NCBI GenBank assembly: GCA_964485905.1
Contig: CAZAJY010000001.1
Coordinates: 1 to 59,097, forward strand
Length of the DNA stretch: 59,097 nt
Source of the DNA: an uncultured Candidatus Saccharibacteria bacterium
GTDB taxonomy: Bacteria; Patescibacteriota; Minisyncoccia; Phycocordibacterales; GWA1-40-21
Reading direction: 5' to 3'
Below the pieces are notes generated by a model. The model did no database searches. It worked only from the letters and a program-made list of their open reading frames with translations, and had not been told where the DNA came from. A program made the translations under genes and the position numbers. Numbering within the stretch: position 1 is the stretch's first letter; the number at the start of each line of letters is the position of its first letter. Shown piece by piece: positions 34,957 through 44,917 of this stretch.

Positions 34957-36732
34957 TTATTCGGAAATAACTCTTAGGACTTCCTCAATTGTAGTAATAC
35001 CTTGTGCCGCTTTGAAAATTCCGTCTTCAATCATCGTCATCATCCCCTCTTTTTTAGCCTGTTCATTAATAACGTTATCTGGTTCGCCACGTACGACCAA
35101 ATCTTTAATCGCCTGAGACATTTTCATAACTTCATTAATACATACTCGCCCACTATAACCATCTTTCGCTTCGGCTGATTCTTTTGGTTTATAAAATGGG
35201 ATTGTTTCTAGAGTTTCTTTATCCCCAATAATTTTTTCTTTTTTCAAAAATTTTAATACGCTGTCTAGATCAATCGCCTTTGACAAAGATCCAATTTCTG
35301 ACTTTGATAAGAAATATTTTTCTTTATTTCCATGTAAACGTCTAATTAATCTTTGGGCGATAACTACTTTTGTAGTAGAGACAATTAAAAAAGGCTCAAT
35401 TTTCATATCAATTAAGCGAGGCATGGCACCAGCTGCTGAATTAGTGTGCAAAGTAGAAAGCACCAAATGACCAGTTAAAGCCGCATTGATCGCTAAAGAA
35501 GCTGTTTCATTATCTCGAATTTCACCAACCATAATAATGTCTGGATCTTGTCGAACAAGAGAACGAAGGCCGTTAGCAAAAGTAAAACCAATTTCTGGCT
35601 TAACCTGTGTTTGATTTATTCTATCCATTTGATATTCCACTGGATCCTCAATGGTAGAAATATTTACATTTGCCGTATTCAAAAGATCTAATAGTGTATA
35701 CAGGGTTGTAGTTTTACCAGAACCGGTGGGACCAGTCGTTAAAATCATACCAGTAGTTTGTTTGATTGCTTCATGCAAAATTTCCAGAGCTTCCCCATGA
35801 AAGCCCATTGCTTCTAAAGTAAATCCTGAAGCATTTTCCCGCAATAAACGCATGACGGCTTTCTCTCCAAAGTAAGTTGGTAAAATAGATACGCGGAAAG
35901 AAACATTCTCATCGGCTACCTCAACTTTAAATCTCCCGTCTTGTGGCAAACGCTTCTCATCTAATTTCAAATTAGCTAAGACTTTAATTCGGGCGATAAT
36001 GCTAGACGCAACACTTTTTGGTAAAACCATAGCATCATGCAGGATACCATCAATACGATAACGAATTAATAATTCATTTTCCAAAACTTCAATATGAATA
36101 TCGGAAGCATTTTGTAAAATTGCGTGTTTGAGTAAAGTATCCAGAATTCTCACCACGGGTAAATCCTCGGCCATCTTTTTTAAATCTTCCCCAGCTTGAT
36201 TCATCATTCCCGTATTACTTCCACCACGACCCTCAATCAAATTTTTTAGAGCGGTCGCATCTTTTTGAATAATATCTCCAAACTCAGCACGTAAACTTTT
36301 TTGATATTGCAACAAAGCGCTTTTAATTGATTCACTGTCAGTTAAGCGTGGTAAAATCTTTAATCCGACTTTCTTTTTAATAAATTCGATGGATGATAAA
36401 TCTTTAGTATCTAACATCGCTACCTCCAAAGTATCCCCGACTCTTCTAAAAGCTATGGCATTATTTTTCCTTGCTACCGGCTCTGGGATTAAAGCTAAAA
36501 CATCAGCATCAATTTTTTGATCTTTCAAACTAACAAAGGGAATACCAAGCACATATGCTTCAGCGCGACGAAAATCGTTTTCGCTAATTTTGCCATTATT
36601 AATTAGAACGTGACCAGCTGTTAATTTTCCCTTACTTTTTAATGCCTCGGCAATGGCTCCATTATAATCAGCTTCCGTAATTAAACCGGAGTCCAATAAA
36701 AATTCTTTTAATTGCTTTTCTTGAACGATCAT
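34957..36732 (-). CDS. pilB: type IV pilus assembly ATPase (GspE/PilB family)
   Basis: N-terminal GSPII_E_N-like domain, Walker A GPTGSGKTTT, and the Asp box / Walker B region GEIRD. Confidence 0.9.
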   Translation of the reverse strand: MIVQEKQLKEFLLDSGLITEADYNGAIAEALKSKGKLTAGHVLINNGKISENDFRRAEAYVLGIPFVSLKDQKIDADVLALIPEPVARKNNAIAFRRVGDTLEVAMLDTKDLSSIEFIKKKVGLKILPRLTDSESIKSALLQYQKSLRAEFGDIIQKDATALKNLIEGRGGSNTGMMNQAGEDLKKMAEDLPVVRILDTLLKHAILQNASDIHIEVLENELLIRYRIDGILHDAMVLPKSVASSIIARIKVLANLKLDEKRLPQDGRFKVEVADENVSFRVSILPTYFGEKAVMRLLRENASGFTLEAMGFHGEALEILHEAIKQTTGMILTTGPTGSGKTTTLYTLLDLLNTANVNISTIEDPVEYQMDRINQTQVKPEIGFTFANGLRSLVRQDPDIIMVGEIRDNETASLAINAALTGHLVLSTLHTNSAAGAMPRLIDMKIEPFLIVSTTKVVIAQRLIRRLHGNKEKYFLSKSEIGSLSKAIDLDSVLKFLKKEKIIGDKETLETIPFYKPKESAEAKDGYSGRVCINEVMKMSQAIKDLVVRGEPDNVINEQAKKEGMMTMIEDGIFKAAQGITTIEEVLRVISE

Positions 36733-36745
36733 TTGCTTTACCTGT

Positions 36746-37006
36746 CTAAATTTTAGCTGATAAGGTTTGTAATAATGTTTTTCTTAAATAACTTCTACCC
36801 CAACCAGTCTTTAAATATTGTTCTCTTGCAAAAGCGTCATGCTTATTTATAAACCCTTCATAATATATCAAAACAAGCGGGGTTCTTTTTGCAGTCGCTA
36901 CTACCTTTTTAGAATTATGCATTACAAACCTTCTCTTTAAGTCGTTAGTACAACCAGTATATAACCATGAATCTTTTTTACTTCGTAATACGTAGACGTA
37001 ATGCAT
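36746..37006 (-). CDS. GIY-YIG nuclease family protein
   Basis: 86 aa containing YVYVL...YTG.T.DL..R...H. Confidence 0.8.
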   Translation of the reverse strand: MHYVYVLRSKKDSWLYTGCTNDLKRRFVMHNSKKVVATAKRTPLVLIYYEGFINKHDAFAREQYLKTGWGRSYLRKTLLQTLSAKI

Positions 37007-37058
37007 ACTTCAGCTAAAACTTTGACAGGTTAATTATACCGCAAATTCTTTTTGATTA

Positions 37059-38945
37059 CTATATCTCCTGAGATCCTCCCCCAGTTTGAACAATAGTTAT
37101 AGTACCGGTACAAGTACCGTATTTATTAGCACTAAGATCCGTCTGTTTAAAAGTAATATTTTTTACCCCGACCGTCGTAAAGATTTTAGGCCAAGGGTTA
37201 TTGCCGGAAACAAAGTCTCCATCATTCACGGACCATGAATTTACGCAAGTTGGACAAAGTGAAGAAGTCTCTGCGGTTAAATTAACCATAGTATTTACAT
37301 TCACCGGACTAGAAAGATCAGAACTTATTGCAGTACAATCAAGCTCAGGATTGTGCTCGGGGTCAATTGGCTTTAAAACGAAACAAGAAACATCATCGGT
37401 GATTATCGTATCATCAGAACCAAGACAATCCCAAATATAAGTTGTGTCTGTTTCTGCTGGATTTGCCGGTGTTCCAGGGGAACAAGTGTTCCGGCCAGAG
37501 TCACAAACTCCGTTAAATTCTTCATCACAATCTCCTATACAAACACCACAATTGTCAGTGCAAGTCTCTCCACCGTTAGTTACTGATCCATAACAATTAA
37601 CAGAAGTAGTAGCTGTCCCAGAAGTAACTAAAACAGTAGCTTGCTTAGTACCGGTGGCCACATAGGTCTTTGCTAAAGAATCACCTGTTCCACTTAATCC
37701 ATCAGTTCCGCTCCAAGAATAAGTCGGTGTAACCGTTCCACCAGTAGACGTCGCGATCCAATTCACGGTATATGGAGGATCATTAACTGGATTGGGGGTA
37801 CCGTAACAAGAAGCGGTGAGATCTTCTTCCTCTTCACAAGTATCTTTGTAAAAATCCATTTCATCGATCCTCCAACGAATTGCTGGCGCCGGCACAACAG
37901 CAAGAGAACTAACGGTGATATTAGAAATCATTTTAGGGTTTGGTAGATTTATTTCTATTGGCGCACTTTGACCTGGCCCTCGATAAATCTCTGTACCGTC
38001 AGAAGTAGTTACCTTCATTAACGGGGGATAATCTTGACCTGCACCATGTTTAATAACTACTTTTGATATTTTTTGAGGAGTATTAAAAGTAAAAGAAACA
38101 TCACACAACTTTGAATCTCCTATATTATTACATCCTCCCTCAGCACAGCATTTACTGCTCCAACCTCTCAATGTATCACCATCTATAGCACAACAAGGTA
38201 AAGTCTTCCCGACCGAAGAGGTATAGCAAGCGTAAGACTGATCCGGAGATGGGCAGGTACCTCCTGAATTGGAAAAATATGGGGTGATTAATTCTAAACT
38301 CTTTGTAATCGGGACTTGACTACAACTTGATTCGCAAGAAACTGAACATGGGCCACCACAATCAATTCCAGTTTCACCTTGATTCTGAATACCATCAACG
38401 CAAGAGAGGCAACCTTCATCAATTTGTCCGTTACAATTATCATCAATTCCATTACGACAAACTTCTGAAGGATTTTTGCAAGTCCAATATCTAACAGAGC
38501 CATTATCACAATATCGTCTTTCTAGACCAGAGACTTTATTTGGATCAGCGACCGTATTTGTTCCGGGCTTAAAACAGGCCCCACCTTTTTCTGGTATTAT
38601 CTCAGCATTATTTCGACACTGACCAATTGTGGGTGCAACCATTTCAGTAACACCAGCAAGACCACACTCTGCACTATTTCCAATATCATCTTCTGAATGA
38701 TCAAATTTACTATTATAATTAATATCAACAGATTTGGTACAATTTCGAACGAGATCAGGAGTTGCTGGGCAAATTGATAAATCACTAAAATTAAGAGCTG
38801 TGGCTTCTTGGATTCCATTACTATCATTACAAATACTCCAATCTTTAACACTGACCGGACATGATTCGGCCGAAACATCGGTGGCCATTGATAAAGCTGA
38901 AACAATTAAGATAAAACCAAATAAAAATAATGATAATTTTTTCAT
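37059..38945 (-). CDS. large secreted Cys-rich surface protein (MopE-like metal-binding motif, discoidin-like and PKD-like segments)
   Basis: Signal peptide MKKLSLFLFGFILIVSALSMATDVSA, a CRNGIDDNCNGQIDEGC motif, and repeated T/S-rich beta segments. The ORF extends to 38996. Confidence 0.6.
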   Translation of the reverse strand: MKKLSLFLFGFILIVSALSMATDVSAESCPVSVKDWSICNDSNGIQEATALNFSDLSICPATPDLVRNCTKSVDINYNSKFDHSEDDIGNSAECGLAGVTEMVAPTIGQCRNNAEIIPEKGGACFKPGTNTVADPNKVSGLERRYCDNGSVRYWTCKNPSEVCRNGIDDNCNGQIDEGCLSCVDGIQNQGETGIDCGGPCSVSCESSCSQVPITKSLELITPYFSNSGGTCPSPDQSYACYTSSVGKTLPCCAIDGDTLRGWSSKCCAEGGCNNIGDSKLCDVSFTFNTPQKISKVVIKHGAGQDYPPLMKVTTSDGTEIYRGPGQSAPIEINLPNPKMISNITVSSLAVVPAPAIRWRIDEMDFYKDTCEEEEDLTASCYGTPNPVNDPPYTVNWIATSTGGTVTPTYSWSGTDGLSGTGDSLAKTYVATGTKQATVLVTSGTATTSVNCYGSVTNGGETCTDNCGVCIGDCDEEFNGVCDSGRNTCSPGTPANPAETDTTYIWDCLGSDDTIITDDVSCFVLKPIDPEHNPELDCTAISSDLSSPVNVNTMVNLTAETSSLCPTCVNSWSVNDGDFVSGNNPWPKIFTTVGVKNITFKQTDLSANKYGTCTGTITIVQTGGGSQEI

Positions 38946-38949
38946 TTTT

Positions 38950-39321
38950 TTAATTAATAATTGAATCTGGTAAAGATTGACCTTTATGTTGTTCAATAAA
39001 ATTATTACGATCTTGAATTAAGTTAAGACAATTTTCTTTAGTGCTCGTCGCGATAATTTGACTACAAAGTGTCGGGTCAAAGGTCTTTGGGATTTGATTG
39101 TAAATAATCATATCTTTTAAAATGATCTGACAACTTTTAATTTTTACCTCTTCGTTCAAACAATCACAACTATCAATTTTGCCAGAGGCAATGACTGATT
39201 CAATATTTAAATATGGATCGCAAATCTTGGGTTCTTTATTTACCAACCAATAAGACACAGATACAGCAATTAAAACTAAACACATAACGATTAAACTGAT
39301 CCACAGAATTTTCTTATTCAT
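38950..39321 (-). CDS. hypothetical membrane-anchored Cys-containing protein
   Basis: 123 aa with an N-terminal TM helix. Confidence 0.5.
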   Translation of the reverse strand: MNKKILWISLIVMCLVLIAVSVSYWLVNKEPKICDPYLNIESVIASGKIDSCDCLNEEVKIKSCQIILKDMIIYNQIPKTFDPTLCSQIIATSTKENCLNLIQDRNNFIEQHKGQSLPDSIIN

Positions 39322-39471
39322 TTTTTTAATAAAATTAGATTAATAAATTTACCCGGTAAAGTTTTTATTTAATAAAAATTTTTATGGGTAGCTTTTTAGC
39401 TTAGATTAATTATACCACATACAAGCTTGACCCGGTAGTAGATCTTGTGGATAACAAGATTCACTACCGGG

Positions 39472-39499
39472 TTGACAGCAAGTAAAGATTTGCTATACT
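39472..39499 (+). promoter_or_regulatory. sigma70-type promoter upstream of nusA (TTGACA-16-TATACT)
   Basis: Read directly. The -35 box lies in the right arm of an imperfect inverted repeat whose loop carries TGTGGATAA. Confidence 0.6.
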
Positions 39500-39515
39500 C
39501 CTTGATAAGGATGTT

Positions 39516-39544
39516 GGTTCGCTTGAAAGCGAACCCTTTTTATT
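39516..39544 (+). terminator. promoter-proximal intrinsic terminator/attenuator in the nusA leader
   Basis: GGTTCGCT-tgaa-AGCGAACC followed by CTTTTTATT, 28 nt before the nusA ATG. Confidence 0.6.
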
Positions 39545-39571
39545 AAAAAATCGTTATAATTAAATAATATC

Positions 39572-40717
39572 ATGGTTGACTTAAAGGTTCTCAATGCAGT
39601 TTTAGAACAATTAGAGCAAGAAAGGGGTATTCCTAGAGAAAAAATGCTAGAGGCTATTGGCTTATCTTTAGCAACCGCTTATAAGAAAGAGTATGGCAAA
39701 AGAGGCCAGATTATTCGGGCTAAATTTGATTTAAATAGTGGTAAAACTGAATTTGAACAAGTAAAAGAAGTCGTAGAAAAAGATAAAGTCGTGATGAGAG
39801 AGGAAGGAGAAATAGAAGATAAAAAAGAAGGAAAAGAAAATGTAGAAGATGAAGTAATTTATTTTAATCCCGAACATCATATTTTTCTTGAAGATGCGAA
39901 GAAAATTAAGAAAAATGTCGAAGCCGGTGAAGAAATTGTCTTTCCGCTAGAAACTAAAGACGATTTTAGCCGAATTGCCGCTCAAACAGCTAAACAAGTC
40001 ATCATTCAAAAATTACGCGAGGCTGAAAAGGTATCGGTCTTTAGTGAATATGGTAAAAAAGAAGGTGAAATCGTTACTGGAACAGTTCAAAGAATGGAAC
40101 GTGGAAATATTTTTATTGATATGGGCCGAGCAACCGCAATTTTACCTTATGAAGAGCAAATCCCCGGTGAAAAATATAAACAAGGAGAGAGAGTGCGTGC
40201 TTATCTTTATCGAGTAGAAGAAACCCCGAAAGGAATCTTTCTTAAACTATCACGTTCTCATCCAAAATTTTTGGAAGAATTATTTAAAATTGAAGCACCA
40301 GAAATGGCTAGTGGCACAGTGTTGATGAAAGCTGTCGCGCGTGAAGCAGGATCTCGTTCAAAAGTCGCAGTCCAATCAATTGATGATCATATTGATCCAG
40401 TCGGTTCCCTCGTTGGACAAAGGGGCGTACGTGTCGCCACGGTTATGAGTGAATTAGGTGGAGAAAAAATTGATATTATTGAATGGTCTGATGATCAGAA
40501 AAGATTTATTGAAGATGCTCTGTCTCCCGCTAAGGTTTTAAGCATTGAAACAGAAGACCTAGAAAAGAAGGCTGTTGTTGAAGTATCACCAGACCAACAG
40601 TCCTTAGCTATCGGTAAAGGAGGCCAGAATGTTCGTCTGGCTGCCAAATTAACCGGTTGGAAGATAGACATCCATTCAACTGATATATCTACAGTGGAAG
40701 AGAAAGTCGAGGATTAA
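39572..40717 (+). CDS. nusA: transcription termination/antitermination factor NusA
   Basis: 381 aa with an N-terminal domain, S1 and two KH domains (GQRGVRV, GKGGQNVRLAAKLTGW). Confidence 0.92.
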   Translation: MVDLKVLNAVLEQLEQERGIPREKMLEAIGLSLATAYKKEYGKRGQIIRAKFDLNSGKTEFEQVKEVVEKDKVVMREEGEIEDKKEGKENVEDEVIYFNPEHHIFLEDAKKIKKNVEAGEEIVFPLETKDDFSRIAAQTAKQVIIQKLREAEKVSVFSEYGKKEGEIVTGTVQRMERGNIFIDMGRATAILPYEEQIPGEKYKQGERVRAYLYRVEETPKGIFLKLSRSHPKFLEELFKIEAPEMASGTVLMKAVAREAGSRSKVAVQSIDDHIDPVGSLVGQRGVRVATVMSELGGEKIDIIEWSDDQKRFIEDALSPAKVLSIETEDLEKKAVVEVSPDQQSLAIGKGGQNVRLAAKLTGWKIDIHSTDISTVEEKVED

Positions 40718-40756
40718 GTTTAAGCTATCTTAGCTTTTACTTCATATAAGATGTAT

Positions 40757-40800
40757 AATAAACACTAGAGATAGTCTCTCTAGTGTTTATTATTTTATTA
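40757..40800 (+). terminator. strong intrinsic terminator after nusA
   Basis: Perfect 15-bp stem AATAAACACTAGAGA/TCTCTAGTGTTTATT followed by a T-rich tail. Confidence 0.8.
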
Positions 40801-40816
40801 AATAATTAAAAAAATT

Positions 40817-41458
40817 ATGAAAAAACAAATATTTATTGGCGTCATCGTGTTATCATTAATTATTCCAATTTTATCTTCAGCTAAAGCTGATGTGGCTCAA
40901 ACAGAAAATAAGGGAATTAAAATAGAGAATCGCGAGCAAAAAATGGAAAATATTATGGTTCGAGCTAGTACAACACAGTTACAGTTGGAAAATAGAGAAA
41001 ATATTATGGAAAGGATACGAGCTAGAATTGCTTCCTCAACGGCATCAACATCTGGGAAAAAAATGGAGCAATATAATGTAAGATTACAAAAACAATATGA
41101 GCAAAGAGAAAGAGCTAGAGAAAGATTACTGGGAAAAGAAACAAAGATAATAGAAACGATCGGGAAAATTGCTGATAAAATAGCCGAAAGAATAAATATT
41201 TTAGAAGCAAAGGGATTAGATATGGCAGTAGCTAGTGCTAAGTTAATTGAGGCTGATACAAAAATTGCTGAATTAACAAACGAAGCAAATGATTTAAGCT
41301 CTCTATTAGAAACTGAGATAACTGAAGAAAATAAAGAAACTTTATTCCAAGAGATTAGAGCGTCTCAAGTGATAATTAGAGATTTAGCTAGGGCAACTCA
41401 TGCCTTATTGGTCGACACAATAAAAGAGATAACAAAAGTATTACCAAAAAATAATTAA
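40817..41458 (+). CDS. hypothetical secreted coiled-coil protein
   Basis: 213 aa with a signal-like N-terminus and heptad-like E/K/R-rich sequence. Confidence 0.5.
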   Translation: MKKQIFIGVIVLSLIIPILSSAKADVAQTENKGIKIENREQKMENIMVRASTTQLQLENRENIMERIRARIASSTASTSGKKMEQYNVRLQKQYEQRERARERLLGKETKIIETIGKIADKIAERINILEAKGLDMAVASAKLIEADTKIAELTNEANDLSSLLETEITEENKETLFQEIRASQVIIRDLARATHALLVDTIKEITKVLPKNN

Positions 41459-41466
41459 TTAAATTT

Positions 41467-41730
41467 ATGGAAAACGAAACAATAAATACAACTAATAATT
41501 TACCAACCGAATCAAAATCAAGTGGTTGGGGTGCACTTATCGGAGTTATTATTATCATTATTCTCTTAATTGCTGGTGGCTGGTATTTTATTAGTAATAG
41601 AGTTGAAAAAATACAAGAACAAAAGGAGGCTAATGAAGTTTTAGATGTCAGTACTGGCTCTTCAACAGAAGTTGAAGATATTCAATCTGACTTAGATAAT
41701 CTTAATCTAGACGCTTTGAACTTGGAATAA
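41467..41730 (+). CDS. hypothetical small single-pass membrane protein
   Basis: 87 aa with a central TM (ALIGVIIIIILLIAGGWYFI). Confidence 0.45.
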   Translation: MENETINTTNNLPTESKSSGWGALIGVIIIIILLIAGGWYFISNRVEKIQEQKEANEVLDVSTGSSTEVEDIQSDLDNLNLDALNLE

Positions 41731-41738
41731 ATTCTACC

Positions 41739-42335
41739 TTGTTAAATTTAATTTTAACTTATAAGTATCTTCTGATTTTTCCCTTCGCAATTGTTGATGG
41801 AACAACAACATCTTTAATCTGTGGTTTCTTTATTTCTTTAGGTACTTTAAATTTTGTTTGGGCATATTTAATTTTACTTTCTGGTGATTTATTTCCAGAT
41901 ATTTTTTTATACTGCGTCGGCCGATATAGTAGTGAAAAGAATTTCATAAAAAAATATGGGGTAAAAATATTTGCAACTGCCAACCTCCATAAGACATTAG
42001 AGCATCTCTGGAATAATCATGGAATAAAAACTTTTATTTTTACTAAGTTATCTTATGGTATGGCTATCCCCTTTTTAATTAGTGCCGGCCTAATTAAATA
42101 TCCAGTAAAAAAATATTCGGCCATGTGTTTGATTATCTCAGCAATAAAAGCTTTCATAATCATAATGATTGGTTATCACCTTGGCAGTTCCTATAAAATC
42201 GCCAGCCATTATATTGAATATTTTTATATTGTCATGGCGGTAATCTTTATCTTAATTATTATTTTTTATTTCCTTCTCAGTAAAAAAATAGAGAAAAAAA
42301 TTCAAGCCCTTGAAAAAGAAGAAGAAATTCGCTAG
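41739..42335 (+). CDS. DedA/VTT (SNARE-associated) family membrane protein
   Basis: 198 aa with a TTG start. GDLFPDIFLYCVGRY resembles the DedA GD...D...Y..GR motif. Confidence 0.55.
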   Translation: MLNLILTYKYLLIFPFAIVDGTTTSLICGFFISLGTLNFVWAYLILLSGDLFPDIFLYCVGRYSSEKNFIKKYGVKIFATANLHKTLEHLWNNHGIKTFIFTKLSYGMAIPFLISAGLIKYPVKKYSAMCLIISAIKAFIIIMIGYHLGSSYKIASHYIEYFYIVMAVIFILIIIFYFLLSKKIEKKIQALEKEEEIR

Positions 42336-42344
42336 ACTCAAGGA

Positions 42345-43397
42345 ATGAAAAAATATAAAATTTTAAAGTCCAAGGACTTAGCTGATTCAGAGGTAGAAAT
42401 AGAGTGCGAATTAGAAGTGGAAACAGTTTTGGCTCAACGGGCTAAAGCTATTGCTAAATTCCAAAAAAATTTAACCTTACCGGGTTTCCGACCAGGTCAT
42501 GTGCCAGAAAATATTCTACTTAAACAAGTCGGTGAATTAAATTTATGGAATGAAATGGCCGAACAGGCTATTAATGAATCTTTTGGAGAAATCTTGGCTG
42601 AGACCAAAACTAATTTCATCACCATGCCCCAAATTCAAATTACCAAACTGGCACAAAACAATCCAGTGCAATTTAAAATTATCGGCCCCGTCATGCCAGA
42701 AATAAAGTTAGCTGATTATAAAAAAATCGCCAAAAAAGAAAATGGGGAGAAAGCCGAGCCCGCCGAAGCCACTGATAAAGAATTGGAAGAGACCATTGAA
42801 GAGATTAGAAAAAATTATGCCTTAAAAAATCACACTCATGCCGAAGGAGAAAAGCATGATGATAAAGAAAAATTAGATTTGCCAGAGGTGAATGAAGAGT
42901 GGGTCAAAAAACTCGGAAAATTTGAAACCGTAGAAAATTTCAAAAATAAAATCCGCGAAGGGATAAAGAAGGAAAAAGAATTCAAAACCAAAGATAAAAA
43001 AAGAATGTCGATTATCGAAAAGATTTTAACCGACACCAAGGTGGTAATGCCTAAGATTCTAGTGGAAGGTGAACTCCGAAAAATGCAGGCTCAATTTGAG
43101 GACGACATTACTCGCGCTGGATTGAAGATAGATGACTATTTAAAACATTTAAAAAAGACGAGGGAAGATTTGGCCAAGGAATGGATGCCTGATGCTGAGA
43201 AACGAGCAAAAGTTCAGCTTATTATTACCAAAATCGCTCTAGAAGAAAAAATTGAAGCCGATCCAGAACAAGTTAAAAAAGAAGTGGAAAATCTCTTAAA
43301 GGTTTACAAAGAGGCTAAAGAAGACCGTACCAAGGCCTATGTCGAAATGATGCTCGTCAATGAGAAGGTATTTGAGTATTTGGAAAATTTAAATTAA
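42345..43397 (+). CDS. tig: trigger factor lacking the PPIase domain
   Basis: Ribosome-binding signature LPGFRPGHVP. The N- and C-domains are recognisable, and about 15 residues (HTHAEGEKHDDKEK) replace the ~90-aa FKBP domain. Confidence 0.75.
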   Translation: MKKYKILKSKDLADSEVEIECELEVETVLAQRAKAIAKFQKNLTLPGFRPGHVPENILLKQVGELNLWNEMAEQAINESFGEILAETKTNFITMPQIQITKLAQNNPVQFKIIGPVMPEIKLADYKKIAKKENGEKAEPAEATDKELEETIEEIRKNYALKNHTHAEGEKHDDKEKLDLPEVNEEWVKKLGKFETVENFKNKIREGIKKEKEFKTKDKKRMSIIEKILTDTKVVMPKILVEGELRKMQAQFEDDITRAGLKIDDYLKHLKKTREDLAKEWMPDAEKRAKVQLIITKIALEEKIEADPEQVKKEVENLLKVYKEAKEDRTKAYVEMMLVNEKVFEYLENLN

Positions 43398-43404
43398 AAA
43401 ATAC

Positions 43405-44112
43405 TTAATCATTTAGACCCTTCCAGATGGCTACTATTGCCGCGGTTTCGGCACGAAGAATATTTGAGCCAAGAGAGAGAATCTTAAAATTATTTTGTTT
43501 AAATAGATTTACTTCAGCTTCGCTCCAGCCTCCCTCTGGTCCAACAAACACGCAAACATCTTTGGGGCTCTCCTCCTCATTAGATAAGGAGGGGCTAGGG
43601 GTGGTTGAGGTGTGAAACACCACTCCCACCCTGCCCTCTTTTACCACCTGTGAAACGGCTTCTCCCAAACTTACAATGTCACAAACCTTCGGTAGGGTCA
43701 CTCGCCCACTTTGTTCACTCGCTTCTTTCACAATTTTATTTAATCTTTCTAAATTTAAATCTTTTTTTTCTGATCGTTCAGAAATAATTGGATGAATTTC
43801 TGCCACACCAATTTCCGTACATTTTTCCGCAGCTAATTCAAAGTTATTTTTTTTAATTAGTGACAAAAATAATGAAATATTTTTGTCCCGCAGATCTTTA
43901 GCGAAATGGGATAGAATTTTTAAACTTAATTCTTTTTTAGAAATCAAACTAATTTCTGCTTCATATTCAAAACCACTACCATCAAACAAAATTACTTTAT
44001 CCCCAACTTTAAACCGAAAAACATTCAGAAACTGATGAATTAACTCCTTGTCGGAGATAATGATTTCCTTCTGTTCCCCTATCTTTTGTTCAATATAAAA
44101 TCTATGTAATCT
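43405..44112 (-). CDS. rsmE: 16S rRNA (uracil1498-N3)-methyltransferase RsmE, carrying an in-frame palindromic-element insertion
   Basis: Starts MRLHRFY and contains the GPEGGWSEAE motif. The segment TSTTPSPSLSNEEES is encoded by repeat copy G. Confidence 0.8.
   Translation of the reverse strand, partial: RLHRFYIEQKIGEQKEIIISDKELIHQFLNVFRFKVGDKVILFDGSGFEYEAEISLISKKELSLKILSHFAKDLRDKNISLFLSLIKKNNFELAAEKCTEIGVAEIHPIISERSEKKDLNLERLNKIVKEASEQSGRVTLPKVCDIVSLGEAVSQVVKEGRVGVVFHTSTTPSPSLSNEEESPKDVCVFVGPEGGWSEAEVNLFKQNNFKILSLGSNILRAETAAIVAIWKGLND
43568..43612. repeat. GC-rich palindromic element, copy G, inside the rsmE coding sequence
   Basis: ctctcctcctcattagataaggaggggctaggggtggttgaggtg. Its right half matches copy F (taaggaggggctaggggYggttg). 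Confidence 0.7.
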
Positions 44113-44161
44113 CATGTGAAACATTATTGCATAATTTCCACTTTTAATATAGACTTTATTT

Positions 44162-44740
44162 ATGTCATATTTAATCCCAACAGTTATAGAAAAGTCACAA
44201 AATGGCGAACGCGCCTACGATATTTATTCGCGCTTATTAAAAGAAAATATTATTTTTCTTGGTGGAATAATTGATGATGACACTGCCAATATTATTATCG
44301 CCCAACTTTTATTTTTACAAAGCGAGGACTCAAAAAAAGATATTAAAATTTATATCAACTCCCCCGGTGGTTCTGTCACTTCCGCTCTCGCGATTTTGGA
44401 TACAATGAATCATATTAAAAATGATGTTTCCACAGTCTGTGTTGGTATGGCCGCCTCGGCTGCCGCCCTCCTCCTCTCCGCTGGCAAAAAAGGCAAGCGC
44501 TATTCCCTACCAAATTCCGAAATTATGATTCATCAGCCAATAGGCGGCGCCCAAGGCCAAGCTTCTGATATTGAAATCACCGCTAAACAAATAGTGAAAT
44601 TAAAGGCTAAATTAAGCCAAATTATGGCTAACAATACCGGCAAAACACTAGCTCAAATCGAAAAAGACGCCGACCGCGACTACTATATGTCTGCCGATGA
44701 AGCCAAAAAATATGGTATCGTGGACAAAGTCTTGCAATAA
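44162..44740 (+). CDS. clpP: ATP-dependent Clp protease proteolytic subunit
   Basis: 192 aa with [11 protein letters not shown] (catalytic Ser context) and IHQP. Confidence 0.93.
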   Translation: MSYLIPTVIEKSQNGERAYDIYSRLLKENIIFLGGIIDDDTANIIIAQLLFLQSEDSKKDIKIYINSPGGSVTSALAILDTMNHIKNDVSTVCVGMAASAAALLLSAGKKGKRYSLPNSEIMIHQPIGGAQGQASDIEITAKQIVKLKAKLSQIMANNTGKTLAQIEKDADRDYYMSADEAKKYGIVDKVLQ

Positions 44741-44917
44741 AAGAAAAAATAAGGTAATATAAATAAGTTACTAATTAATTTATATGACCCTGTTTTTTAT
44801 CCATTTGAAATCAAAATATTTAGCGCTTGGGCAAAATCTGCCTTTATTAAATTTTCCTATGGGAAATTAATAACTTTGTTTTCAATCACATAAAAAGCGG
44901 AGCATATTCGCAAATTT

